This document shows, one piece after another, positions 39,835-49,053 of a stretch of DNA of 64,000 nucleotides. The translations under genes were made by a program, and so were the position numbers. The notes beneath the pieces were generated by a model. The model was not told the origin of the DNA. It did no database searches and worked only from the letters and a program-made list of their open reading frames with translations. Numbering within the stretch: position 1 is the stretch's first letter; the number at the start of each line of letters is the position of its first letter. This DNA comes from a virus. Location: the IMG/VR virus record IMGVR_UViG_3300003775_000074, one strand, 5' to 3'.

Positions 39835-40644
39835 TCAGATGCCCACGAGCACGCGGAACCGGTCGTACTGGTCCGCGGTCATGATGAGGCCGACCTTGCC
39901 GGTCTCCTTGTTCTCGCGGGTCTCGACATCGGCCATGAAAGCCTTGAGCTGATCGCGCAGCGACGCCGGCTTTTCCTTGGCCATGTGCTTCGCCGTCGCC
40001 CGGCTCTTGCCTTCGGCCTCGGCGGTGCTGACGGCGTCGCTCAGGGCATCACTGGCGGCCTTCACATCACCCTTGTTCTGCTTGAGGGTCTGGATGGCGA
40101 GCGTGGCCGCCACCTTACCGCTCTCCACAAGCTTGGTGATCGCGTCGGGCGAGGCGCGCAGGGTCAGCAACTCGACGATCCAGGCGCGATTCAGACCGGA
40201 CTTGTTGGCGATGTCCGTCTCGCTCCAGCCGAGATCGATGAGACGCTTGAACACCTGCGCCTGCTCGATCGGAGCGAGCGGCTTGCCCGAGTTACGGACG
40301 ATCTGGCTGAAGACGCGATCAGCCTCGCTCGAATAGCGCTCCTCGGTCTGGACCGGCACCGACTTGATCTCGGCGCCCAGGTGCTCGATCGCGTAGAGCG
40401 TCGCGCCGTATCGACGATGACCGTCAGAGATGAAGGGGGCGCCCTCCTCCCAATAAACGGTGATGTTCTGCTTCACGCCGACCTGGGCAATCGACTGTGC
40501 GAGTGCCAGGTCATCGGGATCGGCCGGGTCGAAGTTCTTGACGCGACTGTTCCAGCCTTCCTTCACACGAAGCTCGCGAGGGTCGATCCGGTAGGTGTCG
40601 GAACGGCCGATCGCGAGATCCTTGATGCCGTGTTTCGTGGACAT
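39835..40644 (-). CDS. ParB/Srx N-terminal domain protein with HTH
   Basis: LA.SI...GV.Q.I.V and ISDGHRR motifs, then EQA.VF.RL...GWS..DIA.K.G HTH. Confidence 0.85.
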   Translation of the reverse strand: MSTKHGIKDLAIGRSDTYRIDPRELRVKEGWNSRVKNFDPADPDDLALAQSIAQVGVKQNITVYWEEGAPFISDGHRRYGATLYAIEHLGAEIKSVPVQTEERYSSEADRVFSQIVRNSGKPLAPIEQAQVFKRLIDLGWSETDIANKSGLNRAWIVELLTLRASPDAITKLVESGKVAATLAIQTLKQNKGDVKAASDALSDAVSTAEAEGKSRATAKHMAKEKPASLRDQLKAFMADVETRENKETGKVGLIMTADQYDRFRVLVGI

Positions 40645-40684
40645 GTCAGGGCTCTTTCCACATTATGTTGATCGAAAAGGCGTG

Positions 40685-40960
40685 CTAAACCCGCTCGAAT
40701 TCCGCCTCGGGCAGGTACTCTTCGTTGGCTCGGGAGAAGGCGACGTTGTCGAACTTCACCTTGATCGACGGGAAGGTCATGACGCCAGTGGCGACATCGC
40801 GGACAGGCGGCCCATCGATCTCAACAACCTCACCCTCCTGGTCGGCGAGTTTGATCATCGTCAGGTTGTCGATCGTGCTCTTCATACGCCGAGCAAGCGG
40901 GGTGTTCGGGTTGCCGAGATAGCGGACTCGGTCGCCGGGCTTAAGTTTGGACAGGCTCAT
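40685..40960 (-). CDS. Small SH3-like hypothetical protein
   Basis: LKPGDRVRY...EGEVV pattern. Confidence 0.65.
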   Translation of the reverse strand: MSLSKLKPGDRVRYLGNPNTPLARRMKSTIDNLTMIKLADQEGEVVEIDGPPVRDVATGVMTFPSIKVKFDNVAFSRANEEYLPEAEFERV

Positions 40961-40970
40961 TATACCGATC

Positions 40971-41204
40971 TCACTTGATCACGAACCGGCCGTCGAATAA
41001 CTCGGCGATCGGTCGGCTGAAGGCAACGGGTTCACGGTGAAGCGTTTGATACGTAAACTCGATACTCATATCGCTCTCGCGGAAGTGTATTCCGGTGATC
41101 CGATACCAATCGCTTGACCGCGCGTGCTGCATCTTCTGGCCGACATAACCTTGAAGAGGCTGAATCTGCTGAAGAAGTTCCTCGATCGTGAGTTTGTTGC
41201 TCAT
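40971..41204 (-). CDS. Small hypothetical protein
   Basis: Coupled within the leftward operon. Confidence 0.65.
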   Translation of the reverse strand: MSNKLTIEELLQQIQPLQGYVGQKMQHARSSDWYRITGIHFRESDMSIEFTYQTLHREPVAFSRPIAELFDGRFVIK

Positions 41205-41206
41205 GA

Positions 41207-41833
41207 TCAGAACGCCTTGCCGCCTGCCGCTCGGCGGTGCTCAGGCTTATGGTCGAGACGCTTGGCGTTATAGCCGCGCTTTTCCATGAAGATCGTGCCG
41301 GCCGGGTGCTCGCGATTGTCGGCGCCGAGAATGTCGAAGAGCCGAATGACGGCGTCGATCAGCTCGACACGGTACATCGGGCGGTGCGGCAGCTTGTCGT
41401 CGGGCAGATTCTTGCGGTGGCCTTCCAGCGCCTCGCTGATCTCCGAATGCACGAGCGCCAACAGCTCGCCGACGTTGCGCTTGCCGTGCAGATCCTCGCC
41501 GGTTTGCAGATCGGTCCACCAGCCGGCCCGTACGTTGTCGGCGTGGACCATGTTGACGAGGTTGTCGATCAGCGCGGCCGGGTTGGCGAGCAGCAGACAC
41601 ACGGCGCCGCGAGCGACCTCGGCGGCCCAGGCCCGAACATCTCCGGCAGAGAACAGGCCGGTGCGCACCTGCTCGTCGATCCAGTCATTGATGTTGGTCG
41701 ACGGTGCGATGGCCGATAGCTGATCGAGTCGGTCATAGTCGCGCAACAGCGCCTTGAGATGTTCGACATTGATCGGCACGCTGCCGCTCGCAAAACCGGC
41801 GATATGCGTGCGCAGTGCTTCATGGTTGAACAT
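41207..41833 (-). CDS. MazG-like nucleotide pyrophosphohydrolase
   Basis: LALVHSEISEALEG.RK...D and ELID..IR.FD motifs; K..YN..R.DH tail; RBS AGGAG. Confidence 0.85.
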   Translation of the reverse strand: MFNHEALRTHIAGFASGSVPINVEHLKALLRDYDRLDQLSAIAPSTNINDWIDEQVRTGLFSAGDVRAWAAEVARGAVCLLLANPAALIDNLVNMVHADNVRAGWWTDLQTGEDLHGKRNVGELLALVHSEISEALEGHRKNLPDDKLPHRPMYRVELIDAVIRLFDILGADNREHPAGTIFMEKRGYNAKRLDHKPEHRRAAGGKAF

Positions 41834-41940
41834 TGAATTCAGCTCCTGATTTGATAATCAACATTATGTTGACTTTGACCTGTCGTCAACGTGCCCTTGA
41901 GGAATTTTCCACCACACGCTAAAGGCGAAGTGCTCTGGAG

Positions 41941-42633
41941 ATGTCTATGCCCCTGCCCCTGCCCGTGCGTTCGCTGGCCATCGCCCTCGCCGTCATGATC
42001 CCTACGTTCGCTCCTGCCCAGGAGAAGAGCCCGTGGGATTCACATTTCACCGCCCGCTCGAACATCATTCGCTTTCAGGCCAAAACATCGGGCCTTTGGC
42101 AAACATTACTGGTCGGCGATAGCAATACCGAGAGCTTTTGGTGGAACGAAGCTGGCGCGTGCAAGATTGTAAATGCCGGCCTTGCTGGTGCTCGCGTGTC
42201 GGACGTTGCCGATCGACTGGAATTCATTGTCGGCGTAACCCGCCCCTCAGTCGCTCACATTATGCTGGGCACGAACGATGTGCCTCTTGTCGGCAAGATT
42301 GACGGTTATGAAGCGAAGCTTGAAACTGATTTCAAGCGCGTCATTCGCGCCTTCCACCGTAACGAAACTGCGATTTATTTGTGGTTGATTCCGCCTGTCG
42401 GCAAGAATTTTGCCGATCCGGAGTCTGTCAACGTCATCAACGAGATCATCAAGCGCGTGGCGAAGACGGAGAAGGTCGCGCTGGAATCTCAGTGGTCAAC
42501 CAATCTACACGGTCGCGCCGATGCGCTTTTCGATGATGACGTGCATCTGACCGCCAAGGCCAATCAAGAACGCATGAGCCGCATCCGCGAGATTGGCGAG
42601 CAGTCCAAGGTGAGATGCATCCCGCCCGCTTGA
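41941..42633 (+). CDS. Exported SGNH/GDSL hydrolase (moron)
   Basis: Signal peptide (ALAVMIPTFAPA-Q), then GDSNT, NAG..G, LGTND and D.VH; antisense to the surrounding block. Confidence 0.85.
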   Translation: MSMPLPLPVRSLAIALAVMIPTFAPAQEKSPWDSHFTARSNIIRFQAKTSGLWQTLLVGDSNTESFWWNEAGACKIVNAGLAGARVSDVADRLEFIVGVTRPSVAHIMLGTNDVPLVGKIDGYEAKLETDFKRVIRAFHRNETAIYLWLIPPVGKNFADPESVNVINEIIKRVAKTEKVALESQWSTNLHGRADALFDDDVHLTAKANQERMSRIREIGEQSKVRCIPPA

Positions 42634-42648
42634 CTCAATAGTGCGTTT

Positions 42649-42663
42649 GTTCCCTTTCTGTTC
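42649..42663 (+). promoter_or_regulatory. Alphaproteobacterial LexA box
   Basis: GTTC-cctttct-GTTC, 19 nt upstream of ATG 42683. Confidence 0.75.
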
Positions 42664-42682
42664 TCTTAACGGAGCGCGGAAG

Positions 42683-42943
42683 ATGGGCAACAAGATCGGT
42701 TCAAACTGGATCGTCGACAGCGTCTCACCGGAAGGCGCTGAGGAGTGGATCGCAGAGTCCGCCAACGTCGTCGTGGCCCGAGCGGCTTATGACGAGGCAT
42801 TGAAACACCGGCCTGGTCGTGTGGTCAGATTCCGTCACGGCCCGCAAATCCTCACGACACAGATCGGCTGGAGATGCGACTGGTGGCTGGAGAAAACCGA
42901 GCCCTGCGGATGCCCTACGTGCGTGGCGAACCGGGAGCAGTAG
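42683..42943 (+). CDS. Small protein, putatively SOS-regulated
   Basis: RBS GGAG/GGA and a LexA box; A.AAYDEA....P...VRFRHG. Confidence 0.7.
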   Translation: MGNKIGSNWIVDSVSPEGAEEWIAESANVVVARAAYDEALKHRPGRVVRFRHGPQILTTQIGWRCDWWLEKTEPCGCPTCVANREQ

Positions 42944-43571
42944 ATCCCTTCCTCCCCTCGACTAGGACGGCAAGCAGGGCTTCAGCGTCCGAAATTGTGA
43001 ACTGCACCTTGTCGCAGCCGACTTCCTTCGCGGCGGCAAGGATGCGCTGCCAACGGTCTAGCTTGGCGCTCTCCACCGTGGCGGGCGCGGGATGCGCGGG
43101 CCGAACCTCGTATTCCAAATCAGGGTCGGCAGCGATCTTCTCTCGCAGTCGCTCGCGGTCCACCAGCATGGCTGGCTCACCCCTCGGGCTGGAGAGGGCT
43201 TCGCGCAGAATGGACGCCGCAGCAGCCCATGTCCCAGCTTGAGCAGCATGGGCCATCGTGAAACCGGTATCGGAATAGTGCTTCGCATTTTCGTCGAATT
43301 TAGCCAGAACTTGAGTAATTAGTTGATAACGCTTGGGGGCTTCGGGCCGCCACTTGGGGTTCGAGCGCAGGAAATTGCCCATGGTCTCGCCGCGAGGCGT
43401 GAGGCGATGATCGTGGGCAATGAACCCATCGGCGCGGAGAGCTTCCCGCTCCTCGGCGGTCGTCATGCGCCTGACCGATTGATTGTATGTGACGCCCTCG
43501 ATCAGGGTCTGGAGTGCACGCCAGCTCGATCGCTGAACATAGTCTCGCACGTCGTCGTATTTCGTGGGCAT
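42915..43571 (-). CDS. Hypothetical protein
   Basis: 218 aa ORF in the leftward block. Confidence 0.6.
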   Translation of the reverse strand: MPTKYDDVRDYVQRSSWRALQTLIEGVTYNQSVRRMTTAEEREALRADGFIAHDHRLTPRGETMGNFLRSNPKWRPEAPKRYQLITQVLAKFDENAKHYSDTGFTMAHAAQAGTWAAAASILREALSSPRGEPAMLVDRERLREKIAADPDLEYEVRPAHPAPATVESAKLDRWQRILAAAKEVGCDKVQFTISDAEALLAVLVEGRKGSTAPGSPRT

Positions 43572-43607
43572 AGCTTTGCTCTTTGGCTTTGGACTCGAAG
43601 TGAATCG

Positions 43608-44141
43608 TCAGCGCAGATTCGTTTTCGAGATTCGTTTCAGGGTTTCGATGGCGCGCGGCAGAGCCCGAGCTATGTCCCGCTTGAAGCGATCCAGGGCGGC
43701 GCCGATCTTCTCGCTCCCGTCGATCTTGACCGTGACCGTCTGGTAACCGGCTCTGGCCTGAGCATCGGCGTCGATCCTCGCGAGCGCAGCCTGAACGCCG
43801 GCGAGCATGGCCACCTGAAAGGAGTGCGTTCGATTGTAGTGTGAAGCGGCCTTCACCGCGGCTGTCAGAACGCCGTGCGTGATGCGGGGATCGAGGCGGC
43901 CGACCGAGATGATCGGCTCGGGCTCGGCCCTCTGGCTGCCGATGTGGCCGCGATCCTGAAGCTCCGATTGACGGAAAAAGACGATGTCGCTTGACGAGCC
44001 GTCGTGACCCCACATGAGCGCAGAAGCACACATGGAACGCAGGTACTGGCCGTTGCGCAGCTTGACGTCGACCATGCCCTGGCTCTGCGGCGTCACGCTT
44101 GAATTAGGCAGGCCGAACCACGGCACCCATTCGGCGCTCAT
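43608..44141 (-). CDS. Hypothetical protein
   Basis: N-terminal WVPWFG...VDVKLRNG...LMW.HDG...DIV.FR module; ATGA overlap upstream. Confidence 0.65.
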   Translation of the reverse strand: MSAEWVPWFGLPNSSVTPQSQGMVDVKLRNGQYLRSMCASALMWGHDGSSSDIVFFRQSELQDRGHIGSQRAEPEPIISVGRLDPRITHGVLTAAVKAASHYNRTHSFQVAMLAGVQAALARIDADAQARAGYQTVTVKIDGSEKIGAALDRFKRDIARALPRAIETLKRISKTNLR

Positions 44142-44281
44142 CGTGGCACCACGAAAAGTGACAGATAGAGAGCCGTGCTGACGACGCCGATCGTGAAGCC
44201 GAAAAACAGCATCATCAGCATTCCGGCGAGTGGTGAAGGCGCATGACCGGGGAGATAGTCAGGTTCGCGATGCTTATACAT
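44138..44281 (-). CDS. 47-aa single-TM protein, not in ORF track
   Basis: RBS GAGGAG; MYKHREPDYLPGHAPSPLAGMLMMLFFGFTIGVVSTALYLSLFVVPR; stop overlaps the next ATG. Confidence 0.7.
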   Translation of the reverse strand: MYKHREPDYLPGHAPSPLAGMLMMLFFGFTIGVVSTALYLSLFVVPR

Positions 44282-44760
44282 AACCGCTCCTCGTGAGATT
44301 CAGCTCTGGTGTCCTCATTAATCAACATTATGTTGATTATGTCAACCGGCCATCATGCACCGGACGTGAGGTCTGGCGAGGGCTTGAGTGAACCAGGATT
44401 TTGACGCCTTGGTTCTCTGGCCTGATTTTCGGAACAGGCGAGGTTTTTCAAGTACCGACGTCGGTTGCGCGCGCTCGCGCTCCTGCGCCTATACGCTCGC
44501 GCTATCCGCCCGCGATCACGGGCAAGCGTGCATGCACACCCGTCCGCAGGCAGGTGCAGGCGGGCGCCCGCGAATAGCAGGATTCGCCCGATAGTCAACA
44601 CTAGGTGGAATATTGACGCGGAAAATCCCGACGCGAACAGCATTCCGCGCCATTAGCGCGCCTGTGGCGGCATTTGCGACCTTGCCCGCTGCCATGGTAG
44701 CTCGCATAGGCGGCAAGGGGCTTCCCTGGCCTTCCTATTGAGTTTTGGCGAGGGAATAGG

Positions 44761-45132
44761 ATGCGAGCTGCATTACTGATCGGCGCCGCGCTGATGCTGG
44801 CGGGATGTCAGACAGTCCAAACCCGGCCAATCGAGCTTAGCGAAAGCGACCTGGCGAAAGTCCGCATTGAAGTGATGACGCGGCTCAAAGATCCCGACTC
44901 GGCCCGCTTTGGGAAGATTGCAGCCGGGCGCGCTGATAACGGCACTATCGAAGTTTGCGGGACCGTCAGCGGTCGCAATGCGCTCGGCGCCTATGGTAAC
45001 CCTGCCGCGTTTCAGGGATGGCTTAAGCCCGATGGGACTTACAGGACGGCTGATATAGCCGGCTTGGATGGTGGCGCGTCATGGGCGCAAGCCATCCTCA
45101 ACAATTGCCTGGCCGATGGCGTGCCGATCTAA
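44761..45132 (+). CDS. Lipoprotein moron
   Basis: Lipobox LAG-C; LKDPDSA.F, VCG.V.G.N..G.Y.G fold; followed by a terminator-like hairpin at 45140-45157. Confidence 0.8.
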   Translation: MRAALLIGAALMLAGCQTVQTRPIELSESDLAKVRIEVMTRLKDPDSARFGKIAAGRADNGTIEVCGTVSGRNALGAYGNPAAFQGWLKPDGTYRTADIAGLDGGASWAQAILNNCLADGVPI

Positions 45133-45164
45133 AGAAAAACCCGGCTCTAGGGCCGGGCTGATGT

Positions 45165-46331
45165 CTAGCGCCTGATCCGCGCGAATATGGCTAGGCCAGC
45201 GAGAACGGCAACCGCCTTGCCTGTATGGCCTGCCGCTATCAGCCACCATGCGAGGAAGGCAGCGAGCACGACTCCCGCCGCTATGAGCGCGACGGCTGGC
45301 CATTGCGACGGCGCGGCCGATGCACCTGGCGCCGGGCTTGGCGGTAGCTCATGAGCCTGCAGCGGCCCTAGCGGGCATTCCGGCAAGTCAACCTTGGCGG
45401 TTATCATCGGCGCCGGCTTCCCCTCACGCGTCATGGTGCGGAACCTGGCGACTCCAACCGGCAAGGCGCGATCGTGCTCGATACGGTGCGCGAGCTGATC
45501 ACGAATAACGGTCGGGACATCATCGGGCGCTTGCGTGACGAAATAGACCCCGACTCCCTTCGATCGGATGAGGCGCACCGTTTGTTCGATCCGCCGCAAC
45601 AGGGCAGCCGGGCAATCCTGAAACAACAAATGCGCCTCGTCAAAAAAGAAGACGAGTCGCGGCGCCGGTTGATCGCCGATTTCCGGCAAGCGCTCATAAA
45701 GATCCGACAGCATCCAAAGCAGGAAGGCACCATAGAGCCGCGGCGATTGCATCAGCCTATCGGCCTTTAGGATGCTGATCCGCGACGGCTCTAGCAGCTC
45801 CGCAACGTCGAAAGCAGGGTAGGCGAACATGGTGCGCCCGCCCTGCCCTTCAAGGCGCATCAAGGCGCGCTGCACAACGGCAATGCTCGCTGCGCCGACT
45901 TGCCCATATTGAGCGGATATCGCTTTGGCGTCTGCATGCAGCCTGGCGAGCACGGCGCGAAAATCGGCGATGCTGGCGAGCGCTAGGCGGTTGTCCCGCG
46001 CATAGGCAAAGGCGACTTCCACAACCCCGCTTTGCGCGTCGGTTAGTTCCAGGGCACGCGCCACTAGATCGGCGCCCATGGCGTCAAAGGATACGCGGAT
46101 AGGGTTGCCGGCATGGCCGAACAAGTCGAGCTGCACGGCAGGGCATGACCGCGCTAGCGCGGCAATATCGCCCTTTACGTCCGCAATGAAGACGGGAACG
46201 CCGGCCCGGCTGAACCGCTCCGCGAGCGTCATCAGCGTTACGGTTTTGCCGGTTCCGGTTTGGCCAGTGATCAGCCCGTGCCGATTGGCGTATCGAGCCG
46301 GAATGCCTGCCGTGCTGTTGAGATTGATCAT
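45165..46331 (-). CDS. Shortened DUF853/YjgR (HerA-like) ATPase with C-terminal TM helices
   Basis: ANRHGLITGQTGTGKTVTL, ADVKGD, FFFDEAHLLF and RLIRSKGVGVYFVTQ motifs. Confidence 0.85.
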   Translation of the reverse strand: MINLNSTAGIPARYANRHGLITGQTGTGKTVTLMTLAERFSRAGVPVFIADVKGDIAALARSCPAVQLDLFGHAGNPIRVSFDAMGADLVARALELTDAQSGVVEVAFAYARDNRLALASIADFRAVLARLHADAKAISAQYGQVGAASIAVVQRALMRLEGQGGRTMFAYPAFDVAELLEPSRISILKADRLMQSPRLYGAFLLWMLSDLYERLPEIGDQPAPRLVFFFDEAHLLFQDCPAALLRRIEQTVRLIRSKGVGVYFVTQAPDDVPTVIRDQLAHRIEHDRALPVGVARFRTMTREGKPAPMITAKVDLPECPLGPLQAHELPPSPAPGASAAPSQWPAVALIAAGVVLAAFLAWWLIAAGHTGKAVAVLAGLAIFARIRR

Positions 46332-46395
46332 TGGGAATCCGTTGCTTTCGACGGAACCGGCACGCCTGGCGCCGGCTCGATCAAAGTCACGCGGA

Positions 46396-46788
46396 TTATA
46401 CGGCCTGCCAAACTTCGAAGCCTGCTTTCCGCAGGGCCGAGTCCCAATTTTCGCCGCCGTCACGCTGCAGCGCATAGCGAAAGGCGTCATAGGTTGGAGC
46501 CGTATCCGGCGAAACGTAGTTGTCCGCCATGACATCGCTCATTTGATAGGGAAAAGGCAGTTTGTGCGCCGCGACGGAAGCGGCGGCCGTTTTCTTGTCA
46601 TAGCCGTAACCGCCCGCATATCCGCGCACCATCTGCGAGCCGGTCCAATGCACATACGCATAGAGCCGCCCTGCGCCGTCACGGGGGAACTTGAAGGCGA
46701 TAGTTGCGACGCGCTGGCCCTCTTTGACGATGACAAAGGCCGAGACGTTGGAAAAGGCGGCGTCGAATTGCTTGTAGATGTCAGACAT
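46396..46788 (-). CDS. Hypothetical protein
   Basis: G.AGGYGYDK..AA motif; its RBS lies inside the palindrome at 46794. Confidence 0.75.
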   Translation of the reverse strand: MSDIYKQFDAAFSNVSAFVIVKEGQRVATIAFKFPRDGAGRLYAYVHWTGSQMVRGYAGGYGYDKKTAAASVAAHKLPFPYQMSDVMADNYVSPDTAPTYDAFRYALQRDGGENWDSALRKAGFEVWQAV

Positions 46789-46844
46789 GATTTTCCACCT
46801 TATGTTGAATGAGAGGGCGCACCTGTGGCGCGGATCGGGAAGGG

Positions 46845-47180
46845 TTAGGCTGCAAACCGATATGGCTGCAGGTAGATTGTCGCGAGCGTTCGGCCGCGTG
46901 TGCTTTGAAGCGTCACGGATGCCGGCTTGCGCGGTTCCGGCGCCCCAGCTTCGCTAGTGAACCAAACCCCGCCGCGACGGTCCCATGCCTTGCGCCAATA
47001 GTGCGGCAGGCATTCCCTCACGGCGTCATAGTCGGGATTAACGAGTCCGTGCCCTTCAAAGAAATGGGCCGAATAGCCGGCGCCCTGATGCGGCACGGCC
47101 TTGACCGGCCCCTTGACGCATTGCGGATGATCGGCCGCGCTGTTGTGAAGCACGGTGTAAAGGATGACGTCGCGGCTCAT
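46845..47180 (-). CDS. Hypothetical protein
   Basis: ATGA overlap with the upstream gene. Confidence 0.65.
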   Translation of the reverse strand: MSRDVILYTVLHNSAADHPQCVKGPVKAVPHQGAGYSAHFFEGHGLVNPDYDAVRECLPHYWRKAWDRRGGVWFTSEAGAPEPRKPASVTLQSTRGRTLATIYLQPYRFAA

Positions 47181-48451
47181 GACAAATGCACCTTGCCGTC
47201 ATCGCCGATATAGACGTCGCAGCCACCCATGGCGCTCGCAGCTTCGGAAAGAGCTGTTGCATGGGGCTCTTGCCAATCACCATCCCAAAAGCCGCAACCA
47301 TGGCCATTGCGCGTGTACCAAAAATCTCGACCCGCGCGGATGTCGTCAGGTTGCTCTTCTTCGCCAGCAAGAGCGCTAGTCCCTAGAGCACGCCATGCGG
47401 GCGTCGCTTGGAACGCGCTACAATCGGCGATGATCGAGGCGAGCGCTTCCGACGCAAGGTCCGCAACACCATAGGAATTGCCGCCGACGAAGCTCGACTC
47501 CATGGTGGCGGTATTGAAGGCAACAGTCGGCATTTCGCGCCCCTCACCTTCCTCGCAAAGCCGCTCTTCCTCAGTGAAGAAAAGCGCCTCGATATAACCT
47601 TGTGTGAAGGCGTCCAAAGCCTGGAACGCGGGCGCATCGGCGCCGGTGAGAATGAAGGCTGGCATGGGTCGATTCCTTTTCAACGCCTTGCGGACGGCGC
47701 TGCAGATTGCAGGGAATTCCCCCACGCCCTTAGCGGCGCGACGGTCGCGGCCAAGCGCAAGAATAGCCTTCCGCCATTCGGCAATCTGCGCCCCTAGATC
47801 CGCATAGCGCGAGCCTGCCGCCCATGCCGTTTGATATTCGCGCTCTTCCTCGGCCGCGCGCTTGGCCATGTCATCGGCTGCCCGCGCCGCGTCGTGCGCC
47901 ATATCGTCGTCGCGAGCGTTCCCGTATCCATCGGCCCGGCCGGAAAAGATGCGCGAGAAGTCGAGAGTCGGCCCGCCATCCATCCCGCCGAACTGATAGC
48001 CCGCGACGAAGCGGGAATGCCCGCGCTTGCCGGGAAGCTGATACACGACGCCATAGCAAAGCCCGCTGCCGTCTTTGAAGACGTCGCCATGTGGATCAGT
48101 GATCCAACCATGATCAGGCGCTTCCGCATTGCGCTGCCAGCGAGAGTCCCGACGCTCTTCCGGGTTGACGGCGCCGACATAGCGCAGGCCGAAATTTGCG
48201 GGCAGCTCGACATGAGCTATGCCCTTTTCCGCCTGCCGCGAAAAGTAAGCGAATTCGGGATAGCGGGCCTCATTGTAGAACGTCTGCCCGCGCTCATCAT
48301 CGGCCCGCGCTTTGGCCAAACAGGCGATTGCTGCCTGGCCGCGAAGACGCTGCACATACGGAGTCGGATTGACGGCGCGAGCTGCAGCCGCGTTGTTCAG
48401 GGCGCGGCCCTTGTGATGGAAATAGCCGGCGCGAACGTTGTGGGAAAGCAT
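47177..48451 (-). CDS. Two-domain hypothetical protein, possible fusion of two genes
   Basis: Internal RBS and ATG before MPAFILTG; C-terminal AG.DFW.TRNGHG.GFWD motif. Confidence 0.7.
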   Translation of the reverse strand: MLSHNVRAGYFHHKGRALNNAAAARAVNPTPYVQRLRGQAAIACLAKARADDERGQTFYNEARYPEFAYFSRQAEKGIAHVELPANFGLRYVGAVNPEERRDSRWQRNAEAPDHGWITDPHGDVFKDGSGLCYGVVYQLPGKRGHSRFVAGYQFGGMDGGPTLDFSRIFSGRADGYGNARDDDMAHDAARAADDMAKRAAEEEREYQTAWAAGSRYADLGAQIAEWRKAILALGRDRRAAKGVGEFPAICSAVRKALKRNRPMPAFILTGADAPAFQALDAFTQGYIEALFFTEEERLCEEGEGREMPTVAFNTATMESSFVGGNSYGVADLASEALASIIADCSAFQATPAWRALGTSALAGEEEQPDDIRAGRDFWYTRNGHGCGFWDGDWQEPHATALSEAASAMGGCDVYIGDDGKVHLS

Positions 48452-48478
48452 GACGATAGCCTTTCAATACTATGTGGA

Positions 48479-48748
48479 TTAACGGGACGCGGAAAAGCGC
48501 GAGCGCTCGCAAGTGAGGCGAGTCCAGTCGTCGGGAATGACGGCGCCCTTGCTCGCCTCGCGGCAGGTAGAGCCGGCGCCCGCAATGTAGACGTGTCCGG
48601 CCCGCGTTTCCGCAATGAGCTGGTACGTCGCGCGCGGCTGCATGACGGGCCAAAGGAGGCCGGCGCCGAACGCGGTTGCGAGCATGACGCCAGCGCCAAG
48701 GGCGGGCAGGATGGCGGGGCGATGGTGCGGAATGTGGGGGCGAGCCAT
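48479..48748 (-). CDS. Small membrane-anchored protein
   Basis: TM segment ALGAGVMLATAFGAGLLW; palindromes on both sides. Confidence 0.65.
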   Translation of the reverse strand: MARPHIPHHRPAILPALGAGVMLATAFGAGLLWPVMQPRATYQLIAETRAGHVYIAGAGSTCREASKGAVIPDDWTRLTCERSRFSASR

Positions 48749-48772
48749 GATTATCAACCTTATGTTGATTAT

Positions 48773-48988
48773 CTAAATAAGGATTGACGGAACGCCTCGG
48801 ATGATCTTGGCGCACACAAGCGTCACGCCAAGATCAATATCCAAGTCGAGATAGTGGCAGCCATTGCCCGCATCGATCCACTCGGCCCAATAGCGAATTT
48901 CGACTTCGTCGGCAGGCGAGACTTCAAGGAGCCTAATAACGGCGTCCAGCGCTTCGCTCTTCAAGGCAGCAAGATCAAACACAATCAA
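48773..48988 (-). CDS. Small acidic hypothetical protein
   Basis: RBS GGAG; TTG start. Confidence 0.55.
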   Translation of the reverse strand: MIVFDLAALKSEALDAVIRLLEVSPADEVEIRYWAEWIDAGNGCHYLDLDIDLGVTLVCAKIIRGVPSILI

Positions 48989-49053
48989 TCTCCGTCCGTT
49001 GTGAGTCTGACTATGAGCGTCCGTGTTGCATTAGTCAACACTATGTTGAGTGT

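Noticed and set aside
39835-40644. ParB protein as a plasmid-prophage partition system
   Set aside because: No ParA or parS array was seen and an integrase is present; lone ParB-domain proteins are common in phages.
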